Assembly: GCA_951406725.2 (NCBI GenBank)
Contig: OX597833.1
Coordinates: 39,556,001 to 39,620,000 of the forward strand
Direction: 5' to 3'
Length of the DNA stretch: 64,000 nucleotides
DNA from: Octopus vulgaris
Taxonomy: Eukaryota
Shown: positions 1 to 12,434 of the stretch, in pieces
Numbering within the stretch: the first letter of the stretch is position 1
Layout: each line of letters opens with the position of its first letter
The notes under the pieces: model-generated
Told to the model about the DNA's origin: nothing
What the model saw: only the letters and a program-made list of their open reading frames with translations
Database searches by the model: none
Made by a program: the position numbers and the translations under genes

Positions 1-189
1 TGTTGTGATGTGATGTATTGTGTGGTATTGTGGTGTAAGGTGTAGTGGTGTGTGGTGTGGTGTGATGGTATTGGGAGGTGGGGGAGGCGAGAGTGGGGAA
101 AGTAAGGGTGGGGTATATATATATATGTTATTTACATTATTTACATTTGACAGATATTTGTCCTCATCTTGTATGTTGTTAACACAACA

Positions 190-500
190 TTTCGGTGTTG
201 GACGATTTGACTGAAGTCTAGTGAACCAGATGGCTGCACCAGACTCCAATCTGATCTGGCAGAGTTTCTACAACTGGATGCCCTTCCTAACGCCAACCAC
301 TCCGAGAGTGTAGTGGGTGCTTTTACGTGCCACTGGCACGAGGGCCAGTCAGGCAGTACTGGCAATGGCCACGCTCAAATGGTGTTTTTTTTATGTGCCA
401 CCTGCACGGAGACCAGCTTGTTGCTCTGGCAATGATCTCACTTGTATGGTACACTTAGCGCTCCACTAGCATGGATGCCAGTCATCGAATTTGATTTCGA
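190..500 (-). mobile_element. SINE family B copy ((ATG)n-tailed family with GGCGTTAGGAAGGGCATCCAGCTGTA motif)
   Basis: Colinear with the copy at 15035-15482 (ctggatgcccttcctaacgccaaccactcc..., tggcacgagggccagtcaggc); many other copies in the window. Confidence 0.8.
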
Positions 501-513
501 TTGTATGCATATA

Positions 514-597
<84 letters not shown>

Positions 598-649
598 GAT
601 GATGATGATGATGATTATATATATATATATATTGTATATATATAATGTA

Positions 650-682
<33 letters not shown>

Positions 683-688
<6 letters not shown>

Positions 689-1282
689 CAATATTAAGGA
701 ATGGCCCTGATAGGCCATTCGACCCACTAGAAAGAGCAGTCAAACTCAAACCGCTAAATAGTTGTAATTCTGAAATCAAAGGAGAAATAAAGAACCTTTA
801 CCCTTATCATCTTTGGACTATGCATAGTTTCGATACTTTGATAAACCCATTAAATTAAATTTAATTTAATTTGTTTACATCTGGCCTGTCTCGTCAGCAA
901 AGAAGCCAAGGAAAATATTCATCCACGAGGCGACACCAGTGACGCCTCGAGTCTATATACTCTAAATTTTCAAAATCCACCGTCACCGCGCTATTTTCTC
1001 AGCAGCAACTATAAACTGCTGATATAATTTCAAAATTATCCAAAAAGTCATCAATTAATCAATATAAGGGTAGCAAAAAATTCAAGAAAAATTATTCGCC
1101 ACCAGCGGTCTAGTGAAAAAGAGAAATAGTCACAGACTATATATATATAAATTCAACAATATTAAGGAATGGCCCTTATAGGCCATTCGACCCACTAGAA
1201 AGAGCAGTCAAACTCAAACCGCTAAATAGTTGTAATTCTGAAATCAAAGGAGAAATAAAAAAACATTTACCCTTATCATCTT

Positions 1283-1284
<2 letters not shown>
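683..1284 (-). mobile_element. Non-coding HHR-containing retroelement (retrozyme / PLE pseudo-LTR), ~469-nt unit plus ~133-nt terminal direct repeat
   Basis: Direct repeat 683-815 / 1151-1284; type I HHR at 810-903; (TA)n tracts on both sides. Confidence 0.8.
810..903 (-). ncRNA. Type I hammerhead ribozyme
   Basis: Minus strand TCTTTG-CTGACGA-[59 nt stem II]-GAAA-CTATGCATAG-TC^CAAAGA: complete core, 6-bp stem I, palindromic stem III, GUC cleavage triplet. Confidence 0.85.
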
Positions 1285-1324
<40 letters not shown>

Positions 1325-1520
1325 GAATCAAAACAGTTTGATTCAAGCTCCTTAGTATGCTTGAAACTCATGAGTACCAATGAATTTAAATCAAACTGTT
1401 TTGATCCATACATATAACTCCCAATAAATTTGTTAAGTGTCCTTCTTTCGTTTGTCCACTCACTCATGTATATATATATGAGTATGTATGTGTGTGTGTG
1501 TATAAGTATGTATATGTGTA

Positions 1521-1579
<59 letters not shown>

Positions 1580-2102
1580 ACATGTGTGTAATTGCATCTT
1601 TGCCTATATGTTCCTTATTTTCCACTTCTGCCATTTTGCTGCAGTTCCAACACCATTTACCAATTTTTCCCTACGAATTCTTTAATCTAGCAGCATTGCT
1701 TCCCCACCTTCCATAACCGACCCATCTTGTTTGGCAAGCCTTCTATTCTTCAAATAAATTCCTCATATCCACTTTCAGCTCCAATTTCCTCACTCTTAGG
1801 CACAGTGAGTAAGCAACAAAACATTATTATTCTAAAGTCCTTAAGGCAAGTTAATTTTACCGTTTCTCCAAACTTCATATTGATTAATTTTGGCTGACAC
1901 AGACTGTCACCATTTTCCTTGGAATCTGGAATTCAGTCTGCTCTAATGTTATATTAATAAAGCAATTAGTTATTGTTGATTTTGGAATTTGCTATGAAGG
2001 ACCTATGGTCAAAATTTGGGTAGGTCAGCAAACTAATTGTAAAAATTTTTACTGCTCCCATCTGTCTATCTGCTCGTCCATTTGTCTGTTTGTCTATCTG
2101 TT

Positions 2103-2143
<41 letters not shown>

Positions 2144-2154
2144 GCCTATCTATA

Positions 2155-2198
<44 letters not shown>

Positions 2199-2253
2199 AA
2201 TCTGTCTGTCCATCCATCTATCTATCATTTATTGGTCTATCAATCTGTCTATC

Positions 2254-2345
<92 letters not shown>

Positions 2346-2734
2346 TTATCGATCGTTTTTTTCTTTCCTTTTTATGATCCCTTTTAATCAAAAACCTACC
2401 CCACTTTTTTTTCTCCCCAAAAAGAAAAGCTCTACTTTGTAATTTGTCCCGTCTGTGTTCAGCCCTGTGTGGCCAATACAGAAACATATCTATCTATCTG
2501 TCTGTCTATCTTTCTATCAAGTACCTTATCCATTGATCTCTCTATTCATCTATCCTATCTGAGCAGCCATGGCTGCATGCAGGAATGGGTGTGCGAATAG
2601 ATGCAAACATGCACCCATTATTGTTCTTCTACTATAGTCTGAGCAGACCAAAGCCTTGTGAATGGATTTAGTTGACAGAAACTGACAGAAGCCTGTTGTT
2701 TATACATATGCATCTATGTGTGTGAATGTTCATG

Positions 2735-2784
<50 letters not shown>

Positions 2785-2799
2785 CATACATACATATAT

Positions 2800-3058
2800 A
2801 TACATTTGTTTTGTGCCCTTTTAAAGCCTAGCCAGGCTCATGAGCCCAGTTTCCTGATTTCTATGGCGAATGTGTTCCCCAGCAGGAAAGGACGCCAGTC
2901 CATCGCAGCGTTACTCATTTTTGCCTGCTGAGTGGACTGGAGCAATGTGAAATGAAGTGTTTTGCTCAAGAACACAATACATCACCCGGTCCAGGAATCG
3001 AAACCACAATCTTACGATCATGATGCTGACACCCTAACCACTAAGCCACGTGCCTCCA
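2800..3058 (-). mobile_element. tRNA-derived SINE (family C head, variant body)
   Basis: Minus strand TGGCTTAGTGGT A-box and GGTTTCGATTCC B-box-like motif, followed by ttcttgagcaa..cacttcatttcac; similar copies at 55760-56045 and 51355-51580. Confidence 0.7.
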
Positions 3059-3165
3059 CATATATATATATATACATATCAGACTGGGCCTGGTGCAGCC
3101 TTCTGGCTTCCCAGACCCCAGTTGAACCGTCCAGCCCATGCTAGCATGGAAAGCGGATGCTAAAC

Positions 3166-3198
<33 letters not shown>

Positions 3199-3326
3199 AT
3201 ATATATATATATATATATATATTGGTAAAAATGGTAAGATAACAAAAGAAAGAAAGAGACCTCAATATTATGTAAATAGAGGAAATTTATCTGTAAAATA
3301 ATATGTGACAATTATTCGGTAGCCAA

Positions 3327-3387
3327 GATAAAACTCTGAGTTTCGGATGCCGAGGTGGAAATCCACACCACCATCTCTTCGGTTATC
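3327..3387 (-). ncRNA. Degenerate or variant type I hammerhead motif in a PLE-like repeat
   Basis: Minus strand GATAA-CCGAAGA-GATG..CATCC-GAAA-CTCAGAG-TT^TTATC: 5-bp stem I, palindromic stem III, U4C core change. Confidence 0.6.
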
Positions 3388-4489
3388 ATTTAATTAGTCA
3401 AGGAACTAAAATCCTTTAAGTGATGCGAGCATCCTAGTTCACTGGTTTATACCAGCAATCAGAGAAAACCAAGTATATTAGTTTATCACTGAAACACATA
3501 AGTATTTGCATAAACCATTTTAATTTCTGAAATTAAAGAATTGGGTATGGAAACAGCTGTAGGCAGGAGTTTCTATGTATGAATTTGAATGTCTTTAAAT
3601 AATAATATTATTACATAAATTTTTATCCATTTTCTTCATTTTCTTATTCAAAAAGGTGCGTGTATATATTTACATATATGCAAATGCATATGTATTTATG
3701 AATGTATGTGTGTGTGTTTGTGTTTGTGTGTGTGTGCTTGCGTGTGTTTGCATGTGTGTGTGCATTTCTTTTCTTGTCTTGGCATTGTGTGATAGTTGTA
3801 AAAGAATGTCACCAATATACAAGTAGTGTTATTCATCCTGAATCTTTCATGATAACATATCTGGCCATAAAGGAAAAGGTCACTCCATGCTTAGACATGA
3901 TGTGGGTTGGCATCAGGAAGAGTATCCAGATGTAGAAAATCTGCTCCAAAAAATTATATCTCACTCATGGATTGAATGAAAAATAAACAGTAATAGGATG
4001 ATGATGATGATGATGAGTATCACACACATATATGTGCATTAATATATACACAAATATATACATATATACATATACATATGTACATATACATATATACACA
4101 TATACATTCATACATACATACATACATACATACATACATACATACATACATACATACATACATACATACATACATACATGTATATATACACACACACATG
4201 CATATATATATGTAGAAAGAGAGAAAGTTTTATTAAATTCTATGAACAGCTACAACTACAGACACACACTCACCCTAACTTTGAAATAAGCCTTACAAAA
4301 GTAAAAAATACTTGGCTTTCTTTCAAAATAATTAAAAAATTTTTTTGCAAAAGTCAAAGATTTCTGTTGCAACTTGAACTGCTTCTCTATTTTTGGAATT
4401 TAACCTCTGTAGAAATATTTCAAATCCTTACTGGTTGTTTCATCTCAGTTCTGATTTATGACTAGAATTGCGAACAATTAAATAATTGT

Positions 4490-4990
4490 TGTTCCTTTCT
4501 GACAATATTATTCTTTCCCCACAATCTGTATTCCTTCTGCATGTTGTTATTCCTTCCCATACATTGTAGTTCTTTCCATACAATGTTGTTCCTTCCCCAT
4601 ATTGTTATTCTTTCCCACAATGTTGTTTTGTCTTCATGTTGTTATTCTTTCCTATACATTGTAGTTCTTTCTGTACAAAGTTGCTCCTTTCCCATTTTGT
4701 TATTCTTTTCCCACAATGTTGTTCCTTCCTCACAATATTATTCTTCCTTTACATTCTTATTTCTTCCCTGCCTTGTTGTTTCTTTCCATTAATGTTGATT
4801 TGCCACATTGTTATTCCTGCACCCTATTTGCTAATCCTTCTCTTCAGTTTTGTTCCTTCCTCACATTATTATATCCACACTCCAATTGTTATTCCCTCCC
4901 AGCAGTGTTGCTCCTTTCTCACACTGTTGTCCCCCCGCCCCATGTTATTATTCTTGTACTCCAACTGTTGTTCCTTCCCTATACTGCAGA
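4490..4990. repeat. Degenerate minisatellite, ~21-22 bp unit (cattgttattctttcccaca-like)
   Basis: Recurring ttgtt(a/g)ttc(c/t)ttcc..aca motif; explains the overlapping hydrophobic ORFs. Confidence 0.8.
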
Positions 4991-5801
4991 ATCATTCATG
5001 AGGTTTTTGAGTCCATTTTTTTTTTTTTCCACTAAGATATCTTCTCATATTTATCATTTCTAATTTCTCTAGTTTTTGGTATTGTCTATTTAAATTAGTG
5101 AAAGATCTCAATCTATTTCAGCTTGAGGGATTTTCCTAAAGGATGTAAATATTTATCCTCCTCCAACTACAGAAGGATTCTGTCAGTTCATGATAAGATT
5201 TATCGTAGCTTCAGGGAGATCAAACACTAGTTGAAAGGAAGAAGAATTCAACATTGTATTAATCATTGCACATGGAAATAGCCCTTCATACTTAATGTAG
5301 TGAACTAAGATATTTCTATTAATTAAAATTTCATTTTTATTAACCATTTTAATAAATCACTAATGATTAATTATCAAAATATACATTTTCATTAATAATC
5401 AATAAGAAATGGTTAATTAATTCTGGCCAAGAATGCCCAGGCAGAGAACTATGAAACTTAAATGAAGTAAAATTAATTAAAAATAGAATGTGAGCCTTAG
5501 AGTGTGAAATTAGTCTGGTTTTGGCAGAAGAAATATGAATCTGGATGTTTCAGTTTTAGAAGACTTCTTCTGCAAAGTATAGTTTTTTACCAACACTGAT
5601 AGACAGGAACGTCTTTATCTATGCCCATGGTACTATGCACATTGAATTAGAATGTCACAGGAAAGAATTCCAAAATGGATTCTTCAAGCTGAACCAACTG
5701 GTAAGAGACCTAGGAGTAGAGCAAGCTTAAGATGGTCAGATAAAATCCATAGTCTTAGTCGGTCATGCTAGAACCCTCTCAGAATAGCGGGCAAAGTTAT
5801 T

Positions 5802-5919
<118 letters not shown>

Positions 5920-5945
5920 AGTCTGTCTGTCTATCTATCTATCTA

Positions 5946-5986
<41 letters not shown>

Positions 5987-6089
5987 AATTATATATCTAT
6001 TATATATCTATCTATCTAATTATATATATATATATAATATATATAATATATAATATATTATATATATATAATATATATATATATATATT

Positions 6090-6259
6090 GGCGTTAGGAA
6101 GGGCATCCTGGCGTTAGGAAGGGCATCCAGCTGTAGAAACATTGCCAGATAAGACTGGAGCCTGGTGCAGCCTTCTGGCTTCCCAGATCCCCGGTCGAAC
6201 CGTCCAACCCATGCTAGCATGGAGAACGGACGTTAAACGATGATGATGATGATGATGAT
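6090..6259 (+). mobile_element. SINE family B 3' part with (ATG)n tail
   Basis: tggcgttaggaagggcatcc (tandemly duplicated) ... ggacgttaaacgatgatgatg. Confidence 0.8.
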
Positions 6260-6264
6260 ATATA

Positions 6265-7871
6265 CAGTTGCGGCCAAAATGTTCAGAACGGCACTGTTTT
6301 CGCCAGAAAAGTAGATATAAGCTTTTATCAAAGTTGTTTTATATTCTATAATTTTCACAGACAATAAATACGATATTAATTGTTATTGTCTGAGATTTTG
6401 GTGTAATTTGAGAGGATAATAAAAAAGTTATGGATGATTTAGTGATTTACTGCAAAACCACCGGTTGCATTTACTCCATGTTTTAGTATATTACCCGGCG
6501 AATTCTAATGTTTTGAATTTCTTTACGTGACGGTTCGTTTACTAAACATTAGTAAGAATATCTGCAGTGTACTTTGTTAATATAATGTCACTTACTCCGT
6601 TATCAATTCGTCAGCAGATTATTAAGCTTCGAAAGAAGGATAATTTAAGTATTGGGTCTATTGCAAAGATTGTTAACAAGTCAAAAAGTGTTGTTCACGG
6701 TATTCTTAAGGTCTTCAATGATTGTGGTTCGTGTGAAGCAAGAAAGTCTACAGATAGGCCAAGAAAAACGACCAAGAGAGAAGATCGTGCTATGGTAAAG
6801 TTGGTTAAAAAGGACAGATTTAAAAACTGCTACTGCTGTTTCTCAGGAAATGAGCATTGTACTGAAGAAAACATTATCTCGAAAAACTTGTCTCATCGTT
6901 TAGTTGAACATAACCAACAAGCAAGATCACCAGCAGTGAAGCCACTGATCAGCTCCAAAAATAAAAAGTGTCGTCTTACCTTTGCAACCGAACATGTGTT
7001 GTGGTCTCAAGAAAAATGGCAAACGGTGCATTTCAGTGATGAATCTAAGTTTATGTTATTTGGCTCAGATGGGAAAAGGTACGTTCCTTGAAAAGTAGGT
7101 GAAAAATTGTCGCCTAAATGCCTTAAGACTAGTGTTAAATTCGGTAGAGGAAGTGTCATGGTTTGGGGGATGATATCTGGAGATGGTGTGGGCCCTTTGG
7201 TGCGATTACATGGAAAGGTAAGTGCAGGAGTTTATAAACAACTTGTAAAAGATCATGTCTTGCCTGTGCTGAGAAATTCAACTAAGCGACCACCCATATT
7301 CATGCAGGACAATGCCCCATGTCACAAGGCTAAGGTGGTCATGAACTTCCTCAAGGCTGAAAAGGTTATTATTATGGATTGGCCTGCTCAAAGCCCAGAT
7401 CTCAATCCTATTGAAAATGTGTGGAATATTCTAGGAGAACGTTCGAAAGCCAGAAATCCTAAAGCAACCGAGCAATTATTGAATGCCCTTCACGAAGAAT
7501 GGAATAAGATCACCTAGCAAGAAATTGAAAATTTAATTTCCTCATGCAGTCTAAGATGTCAAAGTGTGATTGAAGCTAAAGGGCTTCACACTAAATATTA
7601 AATAATTCCAGTATTCTCTGTCAATTTTGATTATTTTGTTATTTTTTCAACTGTTCTGATCATTTTGGCTGCCATGGGTTTTGCAGTAAATCACTAAATC
7701 ATCCATAACTTTTGTATTATCCTCTCAAATTACACCAAAATCTCAGACAATAACAATTAATATTGTATTTATTATCTGTGAAAATTATAGAATATAAAAC
7801 AACTTTGATAAAAACTTATACTTACTTTTCTGGCGAAAACAATGCTGCTCCGAACATTTTGGCCGCAACTG
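6265..7871 (+). mobile_element. Tc1-family DNA transposon, near full length, ~195-bp TIRs, TA target duplication
   Basis: TA-CAGTTGCGGCCAAAATGTTC...GAACATTTTGGCCGCAACTG-TA; TIRs ~6265-6460 and ~7677-7871; internal transposase. Confidence 0.97.
6585..7601 (+). pseudogene. Tc1 DD34E transposase with premature stops
   Basis: HTH N-terminus, RPRKTT, FSDESKF, VMVWG, MQDNAPCH..WPAQSPDLNPIENVW (34 residues between D and E); in-frame stops at 7089-7091 and 7515-7517; probable compensated frameshift ~6825-6890. Confidence 0.95.
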
Positions 7872-7950
7872 TATATAGGTCTGTGATGGTAAGATCAACA
7901 AAAAAGTACTCCATCTGGCAAGAGATAAATATTATTCAATAAGCATAATA

Positions 7951-9029
7951 TATGTTTTTAAGTGTAATTATTATTTTCATGCGATGAAAGCATGCCAGAC
8001 AATATTTTTTAGCACATCTGGTGTCTCAAATCAATCTTCAGGAACTGCCCACATGGCATAACAAGCTAAAAATAGGATGATAGAATAAAAGAAAAAGGGA
8101 GAAAAGGTGAGAAAAAAGTAGATATAAAAGGTGGAAGGTTGAAAAGCCAGAAAACAACGAAGAAGACAGAAAGAGGCAAAGTCGAGGAGGAATTAGAGTT
8201 ATTTTCCCTTTGACCATAAAATGTAAGGCTGAAAAGATAGTGGCTTAGTGTCTGCAGTACAGCTGCTCAATCCAGAGAGACCGGTACTTTCCAATTCATC
8301 AACAGTAATTTAGCCATATGGTTATGATTACTGAAAACTTTGGATCTAGAATTTAGCCATGTGATAGAATTCTTAGATCTGAAAATGATCTGATATATGA
8401 TTAAATCTGTCAAATATGACACAAGTTACAGTAATGCTGGATAATAACAACCAATAACAAGAGTGACATCAGACTATATAAAGGCGACATCAAAAATCGT
8501 TATGCTAACCACATATCTTCCTTCTGATACAGGGATAAAGTGAAGCTACACCATGTGTCAACGGATCAAATAACATAAGCTATGAGTAGTTGAAAGAACT
8601 CAAATCTTTTTCAGATCTAAAAACTCTACCACACTGCTAAATTCTAGATCCAAAATTTTCAGCAGGTGTAAGCATATAGCTAAGTTCCTGTTAATGAATT
8701 GGAAAGTACCACTGTCCCTGAATTGAGCAGCTGTACTGCACACTCTAGGCCACTGTTTTTTCAGCTTTATATTTTATGGTGGAAGGGGAAATAACTCTAA
8801 TTATCCCCTTTAGCCTCTTTATGTTTTCATTTCCGTTTTCCAGTTTCTCAACCTTCCACCTTTTATATCTACTACTTTCTCGCTTTTTCTCTCATCCTTT
8901 CATCCTATTTTTAGCTTGTTATGCCATGTGGTCAATGCCTGAATATTGCACTGAATCACCAGACGTGTTAAAAAGTACTGTCTGGCATACTTTCATCATG
9001 CGAAACTAATAGTAGCATATGTAAACATA
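7951..9029. mobile_element. Penelope-like element remnant: inverted pseudo-LTR arms around a GIY-YIG endonuclease fragment
   Basis: Arms ~7951-8392 and ~8600-9029 are diverged reverse complements; the loop encodes IKNRYANHISSF*YRDK (PLE endonuclease-type RYxNHxxSF); HHR motif in the arms. Confidence 0.75.
8935..9018 (+). ncRNA. Type I hammerhead motif (one core substitution)
   Basis: ATGC-CTGAATA-[56 nt]-GAAA-CTAATAG-TA^GCAT; the inverted arm retains the canonical CTGAAGA (~8036-8042, minus strand). Confidence 0.6.
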
Positions 9030-9328
9030 TATATATATATATATATATTAAAATTATAAGTATATGAAAGAATGGAGTTGAACGACTAGTTAACAAATAT
9101 CCTTTATTCTCGACATATGTTTCGAAGGCTGCATATTCCTAATTCCGAAGGAATAAGGAGTACATTATGCAGATTCATTTAAATGAATAATAATGCAGAT
9201 TCATTTAAAACCCACCATTCTTTTGACCTGCACTCTCTCACCTTACTATTCTTATGCCTCCCTCCTCCTACTTCGTTTGAACTCTTGAACCTTTAGAAAC
9301 TTCTAGATTCTTCTACATTCAGCCACCC

Positions 9329-9348
9329 TGACGTCACTCATTATAAAG
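9329..9348 (+). promoter_or_regulatory. CRE palindrome (TGACGTCA) followed by TATAAA inside the pseudo-LTR
   Basis: ccTGACGTCActcatTATAAAgag, ~90 nt upstream of the HHR; motif match only. Confidence 0.35.
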
Positions 9349-9431
9349 AGACACTCATTATCGCCATTGGCTCCTTGAAAGCGGTCAGCTAAAAGTTTTT
9401 TGTGCATTTTGATGTTGACATAAGTTCCTTG

Positions 9432-9516
9432 ATTTTCCTGATGAGAAATCTGCATAATGTACTCCTTATTCCTTCGGAATTAGGAATATGCAGCCTTTGA
9501 AATATATGTCGAGAAT
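9432..9516 (+). ncRNA. Type I hammerhead ribozyme
   Basis: ATTTTC-CTGATGA-[54 nt stem II with CTGCATA/TATGCAG]-GAAA-TATATG-TC^GAGAAT; the inverted copy preserves the canonical CGAAACATATGTC. Confidence 0.8.
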
Positions 9517-9748
9517 AAAGGATATTTGTTAACTAGTCGTTCAGCTCCATTCTTTCATATACTTATAATTTTAAAATATACATACAAATTTCCACACGAA
9601 GACACGTAGTCTATACCCTAGGGACGTAGCTTCAACCGTGTTCTTTCTGATGTGAATTTGCTACCCAGGTATCGGTTATCTTTCGAATTATCCTTAATAA
9701 GATAATTCATTCAATTACTCAAATATATATATATATATATATATATAC

Positions 9749-9807
<59 letters not shown>

Positions 9808-9903
9808 AAGAAATACAATGTATGTTTTCATGTGCTACTATTAGTTTCATGTGATGAACCTAGACTGAAAAGATAGTGGCCAAGAGTGTGCAGTACAGCT
9901 GCT

Positions 9904-9961
<58 letters not shown>

Positions 9962-12434
9962 GGCACACTGGAAAAGTGTCTTCTATTATAGGCTTGAGTC
10001 AACCAAAGTTTTGAGAGTGGATTTGGTAGAGGGAAACTGAAAGAAGCCCCATCTTATATATGTATATATCTATGTATGCATCTTTGTGTTTGTACTGCAT
10101 CCATGCTTGACAACTGGTGTTGGTTTGTTTATGTCCACCTAACTTAGTGGTTCAGCAAGGTGGTGCCCCAGCATGGCCAGTCAAATGACAGAAGCAAGTA
10201 AAAGATAAAAGATAATATATATATACACAAACACACACATATATATATGTACATACATATATGTATATAAATTTTGTACATACTCTAATCTAACACATAA
10301 TCATCACCATCATCATCATCATCGTTTAACGTCCGCTTTCCATGCTAGCATGGGTTGGACACATCATAAAATACATTCATGGTATTTAAGAACTCAATTA
10401 TTTAGGCATTATTAAACTCCAGTATATTATTATAATGCAATGAATATAGCTGGAATAAATTTATATGTATATAAAGAATCAACTAAAGTTATAGCTGAGT
10501 GCAAAATATTTAGAATGATAAAAAAATAAATAGCTGAAAAGCAGAAATTTAAGCTATGAATCCTCAGTTAAATTTCCGCTTTTCTGCCTTTTTATTCATC
10601 TAAATATATATTATATTACATTATATTATATAATATATCATATTTATATTATATTATATTATATTGTATCATACAAGAGTTCTCGAGCTGTCAATAATGA
10701 CAGGGTTATTGTTGATAAAGTTACCCAATGGAAGTTGATAATTAGAAGATGAAGTAAATAAAAATGCCAAAATAACAGGGAAATATGAAAATTGTATTCA
10801 TCACTACCAAAATAATGTACAGCGATGATTCACTGCAGAAGTTCATGAAGAACATTTCTTGTGTAGACATGAGGAGGCATTAACACATCTTGGCTCCCTG
10901 AATTTTCAGTCAGTAATTTCAAACATCTCTTAACCTTAGCCCTAACCCAGATCAGGTCATTTCACAGATACTGTTGTGGACCGCATGCTAAAGTAGCACT
11001 GAAATTTGTTATGACTTGTGATGCTGGGTAAATCATTTGAATTTATGAATATTAAAACATTACAAGACAATGTAGATAGCAGAATTAATTTCTGAATACA
11101 AAAAACCTAAATGGAGCAACTCCAGTAAGTAAGTGGAGATTTTGTTTGGAAATTTAGAGAGAAAAATTTTTATTGGTCTTAGTGAAAAAAGAAATCTAAT
11201 CAAACTTAAGTTTCATTTTTCTATATATAATATGGCAGTAACTTACTTCAAAAGAACTGTTCAGGCTACAATAATAATCAAAAATCTTTTATAAATGTTG
11301 CAATGCATGGCAAATCATCAAAATTTATGGATATAAAAACGTTATTTAAGCATTACAAAAGACAAACAGAACAACTAAATAGAGATACTGTTGCAATAAG
11401 AAAGGTGAAATGCTGTTGGATAATTTATCATCATCATCATCCAGTGTTTTAAACTTGGGTATTGTCCCCATTAATGGGGATAGCTGGATTTACATCAATG
11501 CCATAGCAACCACCCTCACACCATCTCACCATCTTGTCCAGTTTGGGGCATCCTCCTTTTTCAAACCAACCTCCATCTGTCCCCTCCACCTTTTCTTCAG
11601 TCTACCCCATTTTCGTGTTCTATTTACCTCAAACGCAATCACCCTCCACAGAATATGCTCTTCATCCCTCTTCAACACATGGATTTAATCAACTAGACCC
11701 CCTCCGCCAAAATTTTGGGCCTTTTCCTATGCCGGAAACAATTATGTTATATTACATCCTCATCATCATTTAACGTCTGTTTTCCATGCTGGTATGGGTT
11801 GACAGTTTGACAAGTGTTGGCAAGCCCAAGGACTGCATTAAGCTCCACTGTCTGTTTTGGTATGGTTTTTATGGCTGAATGACTTTCCTAATGCCAACCA
11901 CTTTAAAGGTTGGACTGGGTGCTTTTCATGAGGCACCAGCACTGATGAGGTCTGTTTATCAAATCATATTATACTGTACATAATCACTCAGTGGGGTAGT
12001 AACTGAAAATAAGAGTTAGCTGGGAAATATCCACTAAATTGTTGTGAAAGAAAGTTAAGAAAGCTAATCATTACATTTTTTATTGAAGAATCTAGACTGA
12101 AACATCGTGGACAGAGCATATGGCACAACTCCAAGCATAATACCCACGTTCACCAAAATCAAGATGAAAATTATGGTAGCATGTAATGCATAGTATTAAG
12201 TTATAAAGTTTGATTCCACATACTTTTATTAAGAACTAACTTAAAAACCACACTCTGTATGGACTTTTAAGCTAGCTCCTAGGGGAGGGGTGATAATTAG
12301 ACCTGTGACCCAAAATTAAGAGAGCAATAATAATAAAGCATTTATTGGTACCCTACCGATATAGCATTACCTTACCAATATTACAATACTTTAAATTCAG
12401 TTAAAATGAAAGATTTGTAACTCTCTCTCTCTCT

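Larger units (their letters stand above)
9051..9720 (+). mobile_element. PLE pseudo-LTR with inverted partial copy
   Basis: Near-identical inverted repeat 9051-9176 / 9446-9572; HHR at 9432-9516; flanked by (TA)n. Confidence 0.75.

Noticed and set aside
4490-4990. CRISPR-like regular repeats (also 53340-53540 and 58780-59375)
   Set aside because: Degenerate tandem units without unique spacers, eukaryotic context and no cas genes
10400-11420. A-rich stretch that might be a decayed transposase
   Set aside because: No motif could be identified with confidence
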